64,000 nt of DNA from Raillietiella orientalis. Its lineage: Eukaryota. The stretch is taken from positions 2,108,001-2,172,000 of the forward strand of contig JAYWIR010000024.1 of NCBI GenBank assembly GCA_036172245.1, read 5' to 3'. The notes below the pieces were generated by a model. The model saw only the letters and a program-made list of their open reading frames with translations. It ran no database searches and had not been told where the DNA came from. Of the stretch, positions 24,766-35,648 are shown in pieces (position 1 is the stretch's first letter; each line of letters opens with the position of its first letter). Both the position numbers and the translations under genes were made by a program.

Positions 24766-25331
24766 AGTTTAATGCAGGTACCAATTTACATCGTACAAAG
24801 GTCATTTTTGCATTCGCTTGCAGGACTTGAACTCCCAGATTGGTGGAACCAAGTCGCATTTCACGGGTGAGCAAGCAATCCCATCCATAATTTACCTGAT
24901 TATTCAAAATTAATTTGTCCATATCCGGATCGTATGTTTCTAGTTCATTCTGTGGAAACCCTTACGCAGACCACGGGATAATCTGCAGGGATGCGTGGGC
25001 GCGCTTCACACACCCAAGCAATTCAGTCTTCAGCTCGGAATATCCTTCGTGCATGTGCCACGGATCAGGAGAAGGAAAAACACAGCATCACGCACACACT
25101 TATGGCTTCCATACACGGACACAACCTGCCCGGAGGAAAGCGTGCTGCCGCGTCACGCGAAACTCGTGCTTGCACGGATTCCCAGCTTCCAGGATTGCAG
25201 CGGACTTCCGCATTGACGAAGATCCTGGAACCCGAGCGAGATGAAGTTGGCACCACTCTTGCAAGGTACCTTCGGGAAGAGTTTCGGTTTCCGAGGAGCA
25301 CCAACGAAAGCAATTTCCTCTGCGCATTGCC
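24766..25331 (-). repeat. Inverted duplicate (~565 bp) of 28252-28820, carrying an orphan copy of SRFBP1 exon 1 and its upstream region
   Basis: Mirrored ORFs (24915-25244 + vs 28339-28668 -). MDKLILNNQ|gtaaat is present on the minus strand from 24922. Confidence 0.95.
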
Positions 25332-26200
25332 TTGTGAAGGATTGTCCACCATTTGTTACCATGCCCACCGCGGACTTTGCCAATCAAGGAATGAGGGATG
25401 ATAAGGAAGAAGGAACACTCCTGAGCGGATCTCTCCGATGCTTCTCCTTTCATTAAGCTATCCATAACAGCTGATGCTGAACCGAAGCCATCCGAGTTCC
25501 TCTTTCGCCTCCCACAGTTCATTCCGCGATGTTTTTCGAGATTTTTTCCTCGGTCCTCGTCCAAAGAAGGAAATGCTTTCGCGACTGCTCGGGCATCAGA
25601 ACTCGTTTCTTTCGAGCTTGCCTTCTGAGCGAAATTCAAAGCATCCACTTCTCGGAGTACTCATCACGGAAGATGGATGCTCGTCGACACAACTCAGCAT
25701 CCAACGAAGCTAAGGGACACATGTTCCTATCGCAGAATTCTGTACAAAAACATGCTCTTGGTTTCTCATGATCGTCAGAGGGTGCAGTGATTCGAGTGTC
25801 CACTTTACACGACCACGTTCTGCCATCTGCACTCGATTAGGAATCTCTTTGACTGTCCTGACGGAAGAGCTTACTCGCCTTTCTCGGATGTACATTGGGC
25901 TCGGACCCCAGGCGTTCCGTGCAAGAATGTCTTTCTCCTCTCCGACCGAATCGGTATTTCCAAAATCCCTTCACAAATTCACGATGCGTGCTCACACGAA
26001 GCTCTCTCGTAATTCCTTGCCATCTCCTCGGAAAAGGCGTCTCTTCCTTTCATTGCCTGCCTAATCCTGGGAAAGTGTTTCCCAGCCTGGAATTACGTAC
26101 CCGGCGATGACCACAAAAAATCCGGACGAAGAAAGGGTTATCAAAGTCCATCTCTCAAACTGTGATGCAAAGCTACTTCCAGGACCACGATCTCTTCTCA
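24930..26200 (+). mobile_element. Probable decayed Ty3/gypsy pol (RNase H to integrase)
   Basis: Remnants in gypsy order: ACTDSQ (RNase H-like), LNRSH..SH..FFLGP (HHCC-like), CSDSSVHFT..ICTRLGIS (integrase-core-like) and ITY..VIKVHLSN (C-terminal). Heavily degenerate, recognised by eye. Confidence 0.4.
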
Positions 26201-26689
26201 ACTTGCAAGTTCCCAAAGAAACAAAGAGTAGGTCTCGCAGCCGGTTCGCAGTATCAGCACAGTGCCTGAGACGGTTCGCATCTTCCAAGAAATGCTAACG
26301 GAGGAACGAACATGGACTGCGGTAGAGAAACGGCAAGGTGGAAGGTCTTACGAGGGGATCGAATAGAATCTTCACTTCGCATCGTAAAGGAACTACCGGA
26401 AACCGATGGAGGGTCTGACAGAGGATCCACTGATAAGGAAAACGTGTGATGCTCAGGCGATCGCCCAGATAACCATCCCGTGGGAGGGTACGCCGACACT
26501 TAAGTGGACAGGCACTCTTCACTTTGGTAGTCGTGCATAAAGGGGTAGGCGTTAGCATCATCCTGAACAGAGACACTGGATATACTCGTTACATTATCGT
26601 ACGAAGGAATACTGCAGAAACCAGACAAATGGCCAAAGTACCTTCCATTCTCTATGAATGGTCGAGTGCGGCCGCCACGGTGGACCCGG

Positions 26690-27850
26690 TCGGGTTGGAG
26701 GAGCAGGGCATCGGCGTAAGTTGGCCCGGTGGGCGTGCAAGGGCAAAACGACGGCAGACTGGTCAGTGCTGTCCTGTAACCGCTCGGGGCCAACTCGAAG
26801 TGGGTGCTGAAGGCAGCCACCTTGCCTTGTTCCCTCCAGCGCACCGGCACGTCGCCTACGTGGCGACCGCCGAAACTGCTGTTGCTTGGCGCACCGCCCC
26901 AAAGAGGGCGCAGCAGGGAAATCCGAGGAGCTCAACGTGGATGAATGCAGTCGGATGCCTCGCGCGGACGGACCGCGATCGTCAGAGCACCTGGTTCCTC
27001 CTCCCGCTTGCGGGTCTTCTACCCCGAGCCCTTTCGGGGAACATCCCTTCCCCTGCGGGCCTCCTATGCTAAGTTCTTGCCGTTGCAAGCTCAGCCGCGT
27101 CTGCGCGTGACACAGAATCAACTCCAAGCTTCCTCCTGGTACGGCCTAAGACCGCCCCTGACTGATGGAAGAGCCGGCCACCGGTCCGCAGCTCGGGGAG
27201 CAGCTCGACGCCCGCGTTGATGGATTGAAGGAACTGGAACGTCAGTAGCCCAGGTTACGCGAATCTCCTCCTTTCGGAAGGAGACGCGCTCTTGCCGACC
27301 GAGAGGACGCAGACACCTCGCCTTCCTCCCTAACCATCCAGGAACAGTCGAGATGCACGAGAGTAGCGAGCTCTGCCACCAAGCTCCGGAAGAGCTTTTC
27401 CCCTGGCGCGTTTCTCTTTGACCGGCGGTGGAGATTCTCCACCATCGAGAACGCTTCCCGGAAGCGCGCTGCTTCCTCTTCCGCGATTGCGAAGGCGCCA
27501 TCGTCTGGCAGCGCTGAGAAAGAAGGTGCGTTCCACCGGGGGCCTTTGCATAATGGGAGCCGTAGGGATCGCTCACGAGGAGTCGGACGGGGAAGGTGGC
27601 GAGCGCTCTTGCAGCAGTCGTCCAGCAGGCAAGCGCCGTCCCGGACCACCCGACCCGGCGCTCGCCTCCGGCCTTGATTTCGGTCCGCTTCCATTCGTGG
27701 GCGTGTCCGCAGAAAGTGCGCGCATCCTCTCCAAGGGCAGATGGCAGAACATGCCGAGGTCGGAAACCCCCAAAATCTCGAATGGGGATCTGCCTGAAGC
27801 AGATCGCGTTCGGAGGTCGCCGGGGCACATACCGAGTCGCTGAAATTCCT
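26690..27850 (-). mobile_element. Decayed LINE RT fragment
   Basis: KRNAPGE..GEVSASSRSARARLLPKGGD, MELILCHAQTRLSLQR, FSTHFEL and TYADALLL motifs. Confidence 0.78.
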
Positions 27851-28251
27851 TAGCCAACTCCATATAAACTGGTTTTGTCATCTGACGTACTCTTGTATCC
27901 AAGGGTATTGAAAACTTCATAAAGATCTAAACTTTTAAGCAACAAACATTTGGTCTCCAGTTCGATCTCATCTCTGCGGGTCGACGAAACCAGCGTCTTC
28001 CAGGAGGTTCTCGACGAGTTTCTCGCTCCGGGGCTACCATCTCCTTCAGCAGTGGCCTGCTCCAGGAACCGACGTCATCGTCGAAGCTTTGGCCGAAGAA
28101 GTCTATGACAATTCCTCACTAGGAATGTGGAAGACTCCTCCGTCGACGGCCCAAAGCACAGCATGGCCAACAACCTCCACAAGAAGTCCCTGCACCAGAC
28201 TAAAGAAAAATCCATGCTCGCAGGAGAGCTCGCGAAACACGATGACCGCAC

Positions 28252-28820
28252 GGCGATGCGCAGAGGAAAGGGCTTTCGTTGGTGCTCCTCGGCAACCGAA
28301 ACTCTTCCCGAAGGTACCTTGCAAGAGTGGTGCCAACTTCATCTCGCTCGGGTTCCAGGATCTTCGTCAATGCGGAAGTCCGCTGCAATCCTGGAAGCTG
28401 GGAATCCGTGCAAGCACGAGTTTCGCGTGACGCGGCAGCACGCTTTCCTCCGGGCAGGTTGTGTCCGTGTATGGAAGCCATAAGTGTGTGCGTGGTGCCG
28501 TGTTTTTTCTTCTCCTGATCCGTGGCACATGCACGAAGGATATTCCGAGCTGAAGACTGAATTGCTTGGGTGTGTGAAGCGCGCCCACGCATCCCTGCAG
28601 ATTATCCCGTGGCCTGCGTAAGGGTTTCCACAGAATGAACTAGAAACATACGATCCGGATATGGACAAATTAATTTTGAATAATCAGGTAAATTATGGAT
28701 GGGATTGCTTGCTCACCCGTGAAATGCGACTTGGTTCCACCAATCTGGGAGCTCAAAGTCCTGCAAGCGAGTGCAAAAAATGACCTTTTTGAGATACAAA
28801 TTGCTGATAGCATTAAACTT
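28252..28820 (+). repeat. Partner arm of the 24766-25331 inverted duplication
   Basis: Reverse complement of 24766-25331 with few substitutions. Confidence 0.95.
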
Positions 28821-30201
28821 GATGTTCTTTTATTGTATTGCTTTCTTATATTTCGTTTGGATAAATTTCAGTTGGTTTCCATGAGGTCTGCTGTAAAAAA
28901 AGCGAAAGTGTTATTGATCAGTAAACTTATGAAGAAGGTGAGAAAATCAAAACTTGATCATTCTGATGGTAGAACCAGGCGCTTGCAGAAAAAAAGGGAA
29001 AAAATGTTAGAGGAAATCAAAGCAATTCAGGTATTATTTGTTTTCACAGCAAAGACAGAAACATCAGTTACCCTTTGCATTTCTCTTAGTTCACTGTACT
29101 GTACACTGTATTTAACAATTGTTGCAAAAGTGAGATGGTCATGCTTATTGATTCTTTCAAATAAAGAAATAATTCCCTTTATAGGTTTTTTAATACTATC
29201 CCATATTTCTCTTAGCTGTGTTCAGCAGATGAGGTGTCTAGATTATCCTTAACACATGTATGTACACCAAAAGAAATTCATAAAAGACTCAGTGATGTGA
29301 GTAGCACATGAACATTATGATGTTCATTTTTAATCAAATTTTTGTCTTTGATAGCTCCACAGTGATCTTTTGACCAAATGTATGTGGAAGCTAGCATCAC
29401 AACCAGCAGTGCTGCAATCAGCAAATGTTTTTAAGGAAAAATACCCAAACTGGTCCACCGAAGTACCAATGCTTTTAGCTGTTCTAGGAGTGAAAAGAAC
29501 TCGTCAAAAACAGAGAAAAGAATCAGACAACAGTGGCTCTTTGGACAAATTTTCCCCCAGTGATACATATGAAAAACCCACCATCAAAGTGAAAGATGTG
29601 GTGAAAGGATCATGTGAAATCAAACAGATTCATTTAGATTTGCAACCCAGTACCGAGGATTCCAGCCAGACTTTGTATAATAAGTGCCGAAATGTTTCAA
29701 ATTCATCACCTATTCATGGGGAAAATCCAGATCCTTCAAGCTCTTTATCTGTTCCCAGCTCTTTCAGTGGAGTGCCAAATGTTCTGGATAGAAACCAGGA
29801 ATTAAGTAATAAAAAAAATCTAAGGGACATCATTATCTTTTGTTCCAGGAGCTGGATCTGAGAATTTAACACATCGTTTGAAAAACACTCCAATAGTAGA
29901 CGATTTCTTTTGCACTGATACCGTAGCTTCTCTTACAAATGTGAAATCTCTTAAAACTGACTGGAGCACCAGCAGGAAAATCAAATTAGGAGAAAAATCC
30001 AGGAAACGGCAGTTTGCATCTTCAAGCACATCAGTACAAAAAAAGTCATCACATGCAAGTCTTAGTAAGTACTATTTGCACTCTTGTTGTTGGCAATATG
30101 TTTCCATAGAATCACATCCATCATGGCAAGCAAAACAAAGATTGGCACAAGAACAGTTTGATATCCACAAATTTCAAGGGAAACATCTTGTATTTGATTG
30201 A
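28661..30201 (+). CDS. SRFBP1: Serum response factor-binding protein 1 / BUD22 family ribosome biogenesis protein
   Basis: Exons 28661-28687, 28872-29030, 29216-29296, 29355-29805, 29849-30064 and 30110-30201, all GT-AG and phase-consistent. N-terminus LNNQLVSMRSAVKKAKVLLISKL..LEEIKAIQ and C-terminus HPSWQAKQR..FQGKHLVFD match the family signature. Confidence 0.9.
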
Positions 30202-30750
30202 AGAATGTGGAACTTATAAAATGCTAATAATTAAATTTTAAAAAGAAAAAAAGCTTATTTCTTGACAGTTTTCAAAGTATGTAATTATTATTTTTGTATT
30301 CCATAAGTGTACATGAAAATGTATAGCCTAAGTTGTAATTGAAAGAAGCTATTACGAACAATGATAAATTGTTTTTCGCTTTTTTACAAAAACGCATTTT
30401 AAAGTAACCATTGCTGACTGGACGTTTCGAAGCCGTCCCTTTAATGATTCACGCAGTGCGTCAAAGAGCCACCATTATTGGTGCTGTGTTGTGTCACCGG
30501 CAATGCAAACCACGTGCACCGTCTCCCATAGGATGGTGAAGTGTCAGGGAGTTTCCTAGCATGGATTTCCAAACTATGTGCAGCTTCGTATTAACGCGTA
30601 ATTTTCAAAGGGAAAACTGAAGCCAAAACGTCGAAATAAGTAAATAGGCCTTAAAAGGCGTCCGATGGCTCCCCGAATTTGCAGTACTCGAGGAATGCAA
30701 GTTGCGGGCCTTCGCGCGCATTTGCGTATCGGTTGATCCCAACGACGGAC

Positions 30751-32009
30751 ATGCCGCCGGCCAAAAAGGCAAAGTTGTCCGTAAGTATGGAAAGATCTTT
30801 TTCCCGGTTGCAGGCATCCAGCATCCTCACCGCGTCGAGCAATCCACGGATACTCGCGGGGAAAAGACGGGGATCAAAAGAGTGCCTCCATCCCCGCTGC
30901 CGGAAGCTGCGCGCATGTGGTTGCTCGGTTCACCGGAAGTTGAGAGTTTTGAATTTGAATTCGTAAAACGCGACTGCGAGTGAATTCGTAATTTGAATTT
31001 TGACCCCCTTTTGAAAGAATGCTGCGAACAAAGGCGCCCCGAAGAAAAAGAATAAATCCGCCAAGGCGAACGAACCGGTTTCACCGCATCCAGATATTGC
31101 ATCCGACGGCAAGGCAGATGTAAAAACCATCTTGTCCTGGAATGTGGACGGATTGAGAGCATGTGCAAAGGTAACAAGAACCACCGTGTTACAGATTACG
31201 CAGAGCCCCGTATAGAAAAACGGGATTGTTTCACTGAAGCAGTTGCTCCCTGATGTCATCTGCCTGCAAGAAACGAAATGTTCCCAAAGCCAGATTCCTG
31301 ATCTTACAGGAATCGAAGACTACCATTGTCACTGGTCATCAGGAGCTACTCAGGGATACGCTGGCGTGGCCATCCTGAGCAAATCAGAGCCACTGTCCAT
31401 CAGCTATGGAATAGGTATTCCAGAGTTTGACAAAGAAGGAAGAGTAATCACTGCAGAATTTCCACCATTCTTTCTAGTCAATACATGTAATGTAATTAGA
31501 TGCTTTAGAAAATGTACTCATGCTAGGTAGATGTCCCCAATGCCGGACGGGGCCTGAAAAACCTAGATTATCGACTGAAATGGAATGACAGCTTCCTAAC
31601 GTATCTTCAGAAATTGGATTCTTCCAAACCTGTCATTCTTTGTGGTGATCTCAATGTAGCCCATCAACCTATTGGTAAGCTTCCTAACAGTGTACTATAT
31701 GATGTTTGCTTAGATCTAGCTAATCCAAAATCAAACACAAAAAATGCTGGATTTACTCAGGAGGAAAGAGATGGATTCACAAAACTGCTGGCTGCTGGCT
31801 TTGTGGATACCTTTCGCCATAAGAATCCAGAACAGTCTGGAGCTTACACTTTCTGGTCATACATGAGAAATGCTCGAGCAAAAAACATTGGTTGGCGCCT
31901 TGATTACTTTGTGGTCTCACACAGACTGGTGGGCTGTGTGAAAAGTAATTCCATCATGTCAGAAATTATGGGTAGTGATCATTGCCCAATCCTTCTTACA
32001 TTGATGTGA
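30751..32009 (+). CDS. APEX1: DNA-(apurinic/apyrimidinic site) endonuclease, ExoIII/APE1 family
   Basis: Exons 30751-30780 (MPPAKKAKLS, NLS-like), 31018-31170, 31216-31486, 31531-31674 and 31714-32009. All catalytic motifs are intact: SWNVDGLRA, CLQETK, GYAGVA, YVPN, GDLNVAH, YTFWSY, GWRLDYF, GSDHCP. AATAAA at ~32064. Confidence 0.97.
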
Positions 32010-34744
32010 ATTTCCCATTGCTGTTTGACGATTGGCAGTGTTGATTGCATTTGATGATAACGAAATAAATGACAGTGCACTGCTGGAACTACTTTTTAAT
32101 TTTGTATGTGCAGTGAAAAAGCTCCGAATCATTGGGTTTCTGCAATGGTTATTTACAGTAGTAGTTAAGGAAAATAAACCAATATATGTTGAAACTTGAA
32201 AGTTTCCAACTGGCTGACTGCAGCTGGAGCGAGCAAACTGATAGGTACCAGCATCTCCTCAGAAAATCCGAAAGGCGTTGTTTTAAACGTGCAGTTCGTG
32301 GGATTAATTGTCTGCATGGAAAAAGAGGCCCTGCTTAAATATCATCGCCTCATTCGACAGCCTCTTTAAAACATTATTTTTGTGATTTGTGGATGTCAGA
32401 CATGCATAAAAGGTCATGTGTTACTTTATTATGTGTTACGTTACTTTATGACCATGTTTTTTGACCTTTTTGAATCGCTAAGGTCACTTGGTAGTGAGGT
32501 TAAGGTGCGCAATAGCTTTTTACAAGTTTTGCAGCCGAACGGAGGGACGCCCAACGCCTGGTAAATCACCAGGCATGCATTTCTTTCAAAGCAAATACAA
32601 AACCGGAAAAATTCGAGCTTTGTACGAATGCATGCGAATTTCTTCCATGAAAGCGGCGTTCGGGCGCGAAAGAAATAACGTGATGATTATATAACACGTG
32701 ACCTCTAAACTTGCTCGAGGCTTCCACATGTTGTCATGCATAGGAACTCCGATTCTACCGACGGACTGCCCTAATTGATCCATCCAACGGAAGGACGTTA
32801 TGGCTGCACCCTTGGCAGCGGTCGTTGCTGTACAATCGTACAGGTCGCGAAACATGCAAAGAACTGCCCTGGACGTACAGTGCGATGTATAACAAGTAGC
32901 TTGTCAGTCGGAAGGCGCTGCTGATTAGCATTTGCGATGTGAGCGAAGCATACATCTTCCCCCTCTTAAGACTGACATCTCGTCAACATGCACTAATAAG
33001 TCACGCGCCACTTTTTTCCATCCCCTGAAAACTGGCACAGGAGTTGGCATTTGCTACGGACTGCCTTGTCATTAAGGATCTTAGCGTGGTTCAGGTCCGA
33101 AGTGAGCATAAGGAGATCTCTCTTAAGCACTCTTAAGCGATGATCAACTACCAGGAGAGATTTTCGTTGTTTTCCCTGTGCCGACATTTAGAGGGATGAT
33201 GGCATATTCGTCCTGGTAAGCGGTTCTCGACTGCCTTCAGCTTCATCTCCATGAAGTGAAACCCACTTAAAAGCAAGCATTTCGTCCTCTCGTTTCGTGT
33301 CAAATAGAACTGATGTGACCAAGAGCACTCGTGTTGCTGCTCGTCCCATGATTTTTATTTGTTCTCCTGGTAATGCTACCCTTTGAAAATTGTGCTCAAA
33401 TCATGAAGAGCTATTCTTATCAGGCAAGACCGCCTGAGGGCCTGAAATTTAATTTTTGTTCAGGAAACTCAAATTGGCGACCACAACCCATTTTTCCCAG
33501 TTGCAGTTATTTGGTTGCCACAGAAGATTATTGGTGCAGAGTTCTTCAAAATGCACCTGAAAGCACATTTTCCGGTTTGTTGCATCGACCTTCAGAAACG
33601 AAACCGTGGAAAAGTATTGCCAACTCGATAAGGCAGACCAACGTGAAGAATGCCATCCTTCTGAGAGCTGTGGCATCTCAAGGGAATGACATTCCCCATA
33701 CTCATCTGAACTGTTGAATGAAAAAACTGTTTGGGGGAAAAGTGAAAATTAAATGGAAATGATCAAACAGTTCGACATGTGGTCGGTTCCACGGGAACAT
33801 TGGTTTCTTCTGAACTCCTTCAGAGTTACTTTTTGGACATTTGGAGATTTGTGTCTCATACTATGTCCTTGAATTTCAGTGGACGGTTTGTGATGGAGAG
33901 ACCATTCTCAAGGGAAGAGCATCGGTTCATTTCGTAACCAAGAGAGAGCATGACAAAAGGGCAAGTCGACTTTACAGAGCACACTAGTTTGGTCCAGCTC
34001 AGGGTAGAGGGAAGAGGAACTGTGAACGTTCTTTGTTACTTTCGTCTTGACTTTGGGCACAGGTCTGGTGGAGAGATAACAGCAACTTTTCCCAGATACC
34101 CGGGGAAAAGCGCGAAAACCAATGGCTCCCTACAGGTAGAGCGCAACCACTGTCACCTTCGTTCGGATATGGCTTCGTTGGATGCGCGATGTTGGCGAAG
34201 ATGCGGTAGGGGACTAGGGCAGAAGGCTCCGACCATCAGCTATCCATCATTTCTCACTCTGCTGAGAGAAACAGCTTGGGACTACCAGGTCGAAATGGAC
34301 AGCTCTGTTTAGAGGAAGCGACATCGACCCTTTCAGATGGAGATCTGGAACGGCAACTCAACCGTGAAAGCTGGGCTGAGGGTAAGGGTTCCCAATACCC
34401 CTACGAAGAGTTCGACGTCGCTGGGAAGGAAGTAGGACTATATATCAGACGCGGATAGATTGAGTCAGACTGAAGTGCCATTTTGTGAATCCAAATGATC
34501 CTCACCAACATGCATCATAATCAGAAAGTATATGGGACACACCGGCAGTCGGACGAATGAAGGGGCTCGAACAAGCCTTGCAGCAGCACCGATTCAAGCA
34601 GATAGCAGAGAATGCAGGTTGAATATCCTGTATAACGCCAGCTGCTCAACAGTGCACGAAGAATCCGAGAGGAGTCATAAAAAACTAGGATTCGAAACGC
34701 TCACTACGGACCACGCGTCTTCTCCGGCAGTTCTTTTTCGGGTT

Positions 34745-35648
34745 TTATTTTTTTTGGTTCGCTAAGTACCTCACAAGAGCCGGTCGCATGCCTCGCGGCG
34801 CACGTGGCTCTTTAACATCACGCCACCCGCGGAGGGTGCGTGTAATTCCTCAAGATAGGCGACACCCTGGAAGGCGGGGGTCCGCCCTATGAATCCAGGA
34901 GGGGACTCGGAGTCCGTTCCTCTTGGAGGCTTGGAGAGGGATCCTTCCTTGAGGGGGGATCGTACCTCCCACCCTGGCTGTCTCCGAAGACGAACCCAGA
35001 AGGGAATCTCCTTCATTCTCTCTGGAGGGACACCCCTGGGGAGGGGTGAGGAGTCCTCTCCATTCCATCTTCTCGGAAGGGAACCCGGAAAGGATCCGCT
35101 AGTAGGAATTTCTTCTCCGGAGGGAACCCGCAAGGGAACCGCTCCGGTTCACTCCTCTGAAGAGAACTTCGAAAGGATGCTTCCGAAATTCAGCAGGGGC
35201 GCTGCAGCTTCCCGCAGGGAATCGCTCTCGCTTGCTTCCTTGCACTCTTGTAAGCGGCGACGACTCGGAGGGTCCCCCCCGCAACGGGGGGAGTCCACTC
35301 CTTTAAACAACTGGAGAAGTGCCTGTGAAGGCTCCTTCCCCATCCTGAAACCGGAAGGGTTCCCCCGATGTGGGGGGTCCGCTCTCCGTTGCACGACAGG
35401 AGGGGGAATTCCCGACTCCTTGATTCCTGGAAGGATCCGAAGGTCGACTCCCATTGTTCCGGACTTCATCGGGAGCCTCCGGTTTTAACCGCTACCGGTG
35501 GCACGCCCGGATGTTTCGGCCAACCAGCGCCATTGCAGGAGAAACTCGGAACGCGACGACGCAGTGGCGTCAGAGTTCCTGCCGGAGTATTCGAACCCGC
35601 GACGCGTGGTGCCACGCGCGGGAGCCTTAACCACAAGGCCTCCGACAG
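34745..35648 (-). other. Dispersed GC-rich, hairpin-dense element with tRNA-like (A/B box) end; candidate long SINE/ncRNA or decayed coding element
   Basis: On the minus strand: AGGCCTTGTGG (A-box-like), GGTTCGAATAC (B-box-like), a 9-bp closing stem, no TTTT for ~900 nt and an A-rich stretch at ~34745-34755. Homologous to 63662-~63960. Confidence 0.45.

Noticed and set aside
30751..32009. APEX1 as a domesticated LINE endonuclease
   Set aside because: It has cellular APE1/ExoIII-specific motifs (AGFT..ER, YTFWSY, GWRLDYF), introns and an NLS-like N-terminus. Proximity to APE-bearing LINEs appears coincidental.
32380..34500. Short ORFs downstream of APEX1
   Set aside because: No recognisable domain or consistent splice structure.
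35100..35200. Hammerhead ribozyme (CTGAAGA...GAAA at ~35157-35188)
   Set aside because: Could not build stems I and II consistently around the core.
34771..35488. Ambigrammatic narnavirus-type paired ORFs
   Set aside because: The long + and - ORFs are not codon-aligned and there is no true GDD. Kept only as a weak alternative in the finding.
35580..35648. Functional tRNA gene
   Set aside because: The T-stem 3' strand is incomplete and there is no canonical 7-nt anticodon loop.
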